NCBI RefSeq assembly: GCF_000143415.4
Contig: NW_003314291.1
Location: 699,270 to 763,269 of the forward strand
Direction of reading: 5' to 3'
Length of the DNA: 64,000 nt
From: Selaginella moellendorffii
Lineage: Eukaryota; Plantae; Lycopodiophyta
Made by a program: the position numbers and the translations under genes. Position 1 is the stretch's first letter. Each line of letters opens with the position of its first letter. Shown piece after piece: positions 61,160 to 64,000 of the stretch. Below the pieces are notes generated by a model. It had not been told where the DNA came from. It ran no database searches and saw nothing but the letters and a program-made list of their open reading frames with translations.

Positions 61160-64000
61160 AATGATTAAATTTTCCATTCTATTTTAATCACTTAATCACA
61201 CCTTTAACCATTTAGAAGAGTTTTATTCACAACCTTTATAAGTTTTATTTTGAATTTGGGGACTTGCTAACCTCAAAAATAGCATCCATGCCATTCAACC
61301 TTTGCACTTGGTATAAGTTGCTCCACATGTCCAATCCCATGATCGACACCCAAAGGTACTATTGACATATCAACCCATTACATTAAGGCCATACTCATTC
61401 AACTTTATTACACTGGTGATTCAACACCACCTACATCACAGTCCCATCTCTCAAAGACTGAGCTATCCATCCATAAGTGATCATTCTAGATTCATTCCTT
61501 AGCATTCTTAGGATGGCTGTAGATATGGGGAACAACCTTTCCTAATATCCTTATTTCAGTCCCTACTAAGTCCTTTTTCATCCATGGCCGTATTTGCCTG
61601 GGTTAAGGCCCACAGACTTGACTATTATATTCCATTGACCTCTAGGATTTCCTTACCATGTGATTATATCTTTAGTCTCTACACTAGAGAACTGTTCTTT
61701 TTCTTTTCCACAGTCTGGGACTTTGGAACAATATTTTAGAACACTGTGGCCATATGCGAGTTTCGTGGGTACTCCTCCCACCTTACACCTTTGGGTGACC
61801 TAACCATGTAGCTAAAATGAAGTTCTGATGAGCCATGCTAGATATCCAAGTAGGTAGTGCCACCCACATTTGGATTGGAAGCATCAACCATTTGATCTCC
61901 CGGGGGAGTTATAACTAACTTTTAAACACTTCACTAAGCTACTCTACTTGTTTATCCATATTCACTCTAGCCTTGGATTCTTCAATAGTTGTATCATCAT
62001 TCAACACGTGGGTATAGCCTTCTTTGGTCACCATTGGCCTTTCTAGACTAAATTGGCTCCACTGAAGTCCTCCCCTTACTATACTTTTGGAGGTCACTAA
62101 ACCCACTAGGGTCTGGAAGATGAATGCTTTAGGCTTTCACCTTCAGACTCAGACTTAAATTCAGACTTGGTTTCGGTATTTGCTTTGGTCTCATTCTCAA
62201 CCTCATACTTCATCTCAGGTCCATCTTGGATTTGACATCAGACTCCATCTCAAATCCATCTCAGACTCCTTCTTGAACTCCATCTTGGATTCCTTTTCAG
62301 ACTTATTTTCGGACTCGTTCCTAACACTTCTATATGTCATGACACTTGCTATGTGTTAGTTCTTTTTGTATCCCTTTTTAAAGACTCATTCACTAATTAT
62401 TTCATGCTCATCCCTCAAACATTTCATTCGGAATTCCACTCCCACTTTTGACTTTCCAAGTTGGAGCCTTTAATCTAAATATGTTATGATTATTGGACTT
62501 CTGCTTTGATCATTACCATATAACACCTTTTTGGCTCCACTTTGGAGATTAAGGATTTATGTTTCACAACTCCACCACCCATAGACAAAGTTTTATGTTT
62601 TTATCGAACAATAAACCATTTTATAAAGTAAGTCTATCATGGATTACCATTTTTCATCTTTGGCACCAAGCCATTAGATCACTTGTGGTGGTTTTCTCTC
62701 TTTATTTAGTTTATTTTTTGTTAAACCTATTAGAGACACCTTTTCTATTTTAATCCAACTATTCATTCTCGAGTAGTCTCAACTTCTATCAACATAACCA
62801 TCACACTTTATAATTTTTTATTTTGACTTCTCAAAGTCAATTTCTTGGGTGTCTCTAACATCTTGCATTACACATATTGTGCAAATTCTAGTTTCCCATC
62901 CTAGAAATTTTTTTACTTGAGGGCACTATTATGTTCTCTTTTATTTTATGCCACTTTAGGAATTAAGTTTCATTTATCCATAATATGTGCTAGAGTTGTC
63001 CACAACCCTATCATTTGGCTTTCTTGCTACTCCCTTTTTTAGAGTTTTTACCCCTTGCCAAATTGAAGCATTTGGGAATCCATCCTTAAAAACATATTTC
63101 CTTTTCTATACTCTATTAACATCTAACACATAAGTGTTCCTTGTTTAACTTTGTTGTTTGGATTCCTTCCAACGATTTCCATAACCTATCTTTAGCCATT
63201 AATCTTTTGCTCCTATCCTTTGATTGTTGTATATAGCAATATAAAATCACTACCTTCATTTTCGATATATCCTTTTAATTCTATAACAAATGCGCTATTT
63301 TGCTAAGTTTATAGGGTGTTCACCCTAGTAAGTCTCTTTACCAAGTCCTTTCATTTGACAAATTTGTGATTATGCATGGACTCCTCCTTGCTTGGCTTAT
63401 GGGGCACCCCTTTTAACGTTAACACATTCAACTCGGGTTTTTATTCTTTGTGACTTGCTAATCTCGCTTAGTAAGTCACCCGACTAGCATAACATGGATT
63501 CAAGCATAAGCGTGAAAGTCCTTAACCATCAACTTTTGTTTAAACTTATTTCTTTGAACACTCGAAAATTATTTCCCCAACCTTGATAGCCTCACTTCAT
63601 GACAAGTTTCAAGACCATGCTTATGCTGTGGCACTTTGATTTCATGCGTTCTATAAATCATTTACATTTGTTTTTCTAGGTATTAACTTACCTAGAATTG
63701 TCTTTGGGAACCTTGAAAAGACTTTTTCTCTTAGTTTGCTAAGGCCTCTCTTTTTGCAAGCCTTTTAATTGGTATATGGTCTAATATGAACAATTCCATA
63801 CTTTAGACTCTCCATAGCATCTATAAAGTACTAAATTTTCCATTTTATTTTAGTCATTTAACCACACCTTCAACCATTTTAGAAGAGTTTCATTCATAAC
63901 CTCCATATGTTCTATTCCAAACTTGAGGACTTACTAATCCCGAAAAATGGTAAATATGCCACTTAACCTATGCACTTAGTTTAAGTGTTCCATATGTACA
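61160..64000 (-). mobile_element. Decayed retroelement sequence of another family; the same segment recurs at both ends
   Basis: About 61167-61332 closely resembles about 63832-64000. Stop-riddled and AT-rich. Family and orientation are tentative. Confidence 0.5.

Overview
This is eukaryotic land-plant nuclear DNA with dense genes and very short GT-AG introns (mostly 45-90 nt). That architecture, a probable sperm-flagellum gene and the LTR element type suggest a lycophyte such as Selaginella; this is an inference, not checked. From 1-52 kb the window holds, in order: a FAM228-like gene, an ATAF-type NAC factor, glutamine-dependent NAD+ synthetase plus a decayed partial duplicate, a photolyase-N/alpha-beta-hydrolase fusion, an intronless bacterial-looking gene, a G-type lectin receptor kinase, a SOUL heme-binding gene flanked by two tRNA-Arg(CCT) genes, an ASC-1/TRIP4 homolog, a secreted LRR protein, three small secreted-peptide genes, a TRM/LONGIFOLIA-like gene, two U-box E3 ligases, a type I metacaspase, a multi-motif peptide precursor, a group C MAPK and tRNA-Glu(CTC). 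From 52.8-64 kb it is a nest of Ty3/Gypsy LTR retrotransposons: one young full-length element and older decayed copies. The most notable signal is a secreted-peptide system. Three single-motif genes (two IDA-like, one CLE-like ending PSGPNPGGN) lie about 15 kb from one 192-aa precursor that concatenates counterparts of all three motifs, among defence-signalling genes with W-box-rich promoters. Next are a candidate bacterial horizontal transfer (17586-18416) and a receptor kinase with an apparently spliced-on extra C-terminal domain. All family assignments come from motif recognition only; no searches were run.
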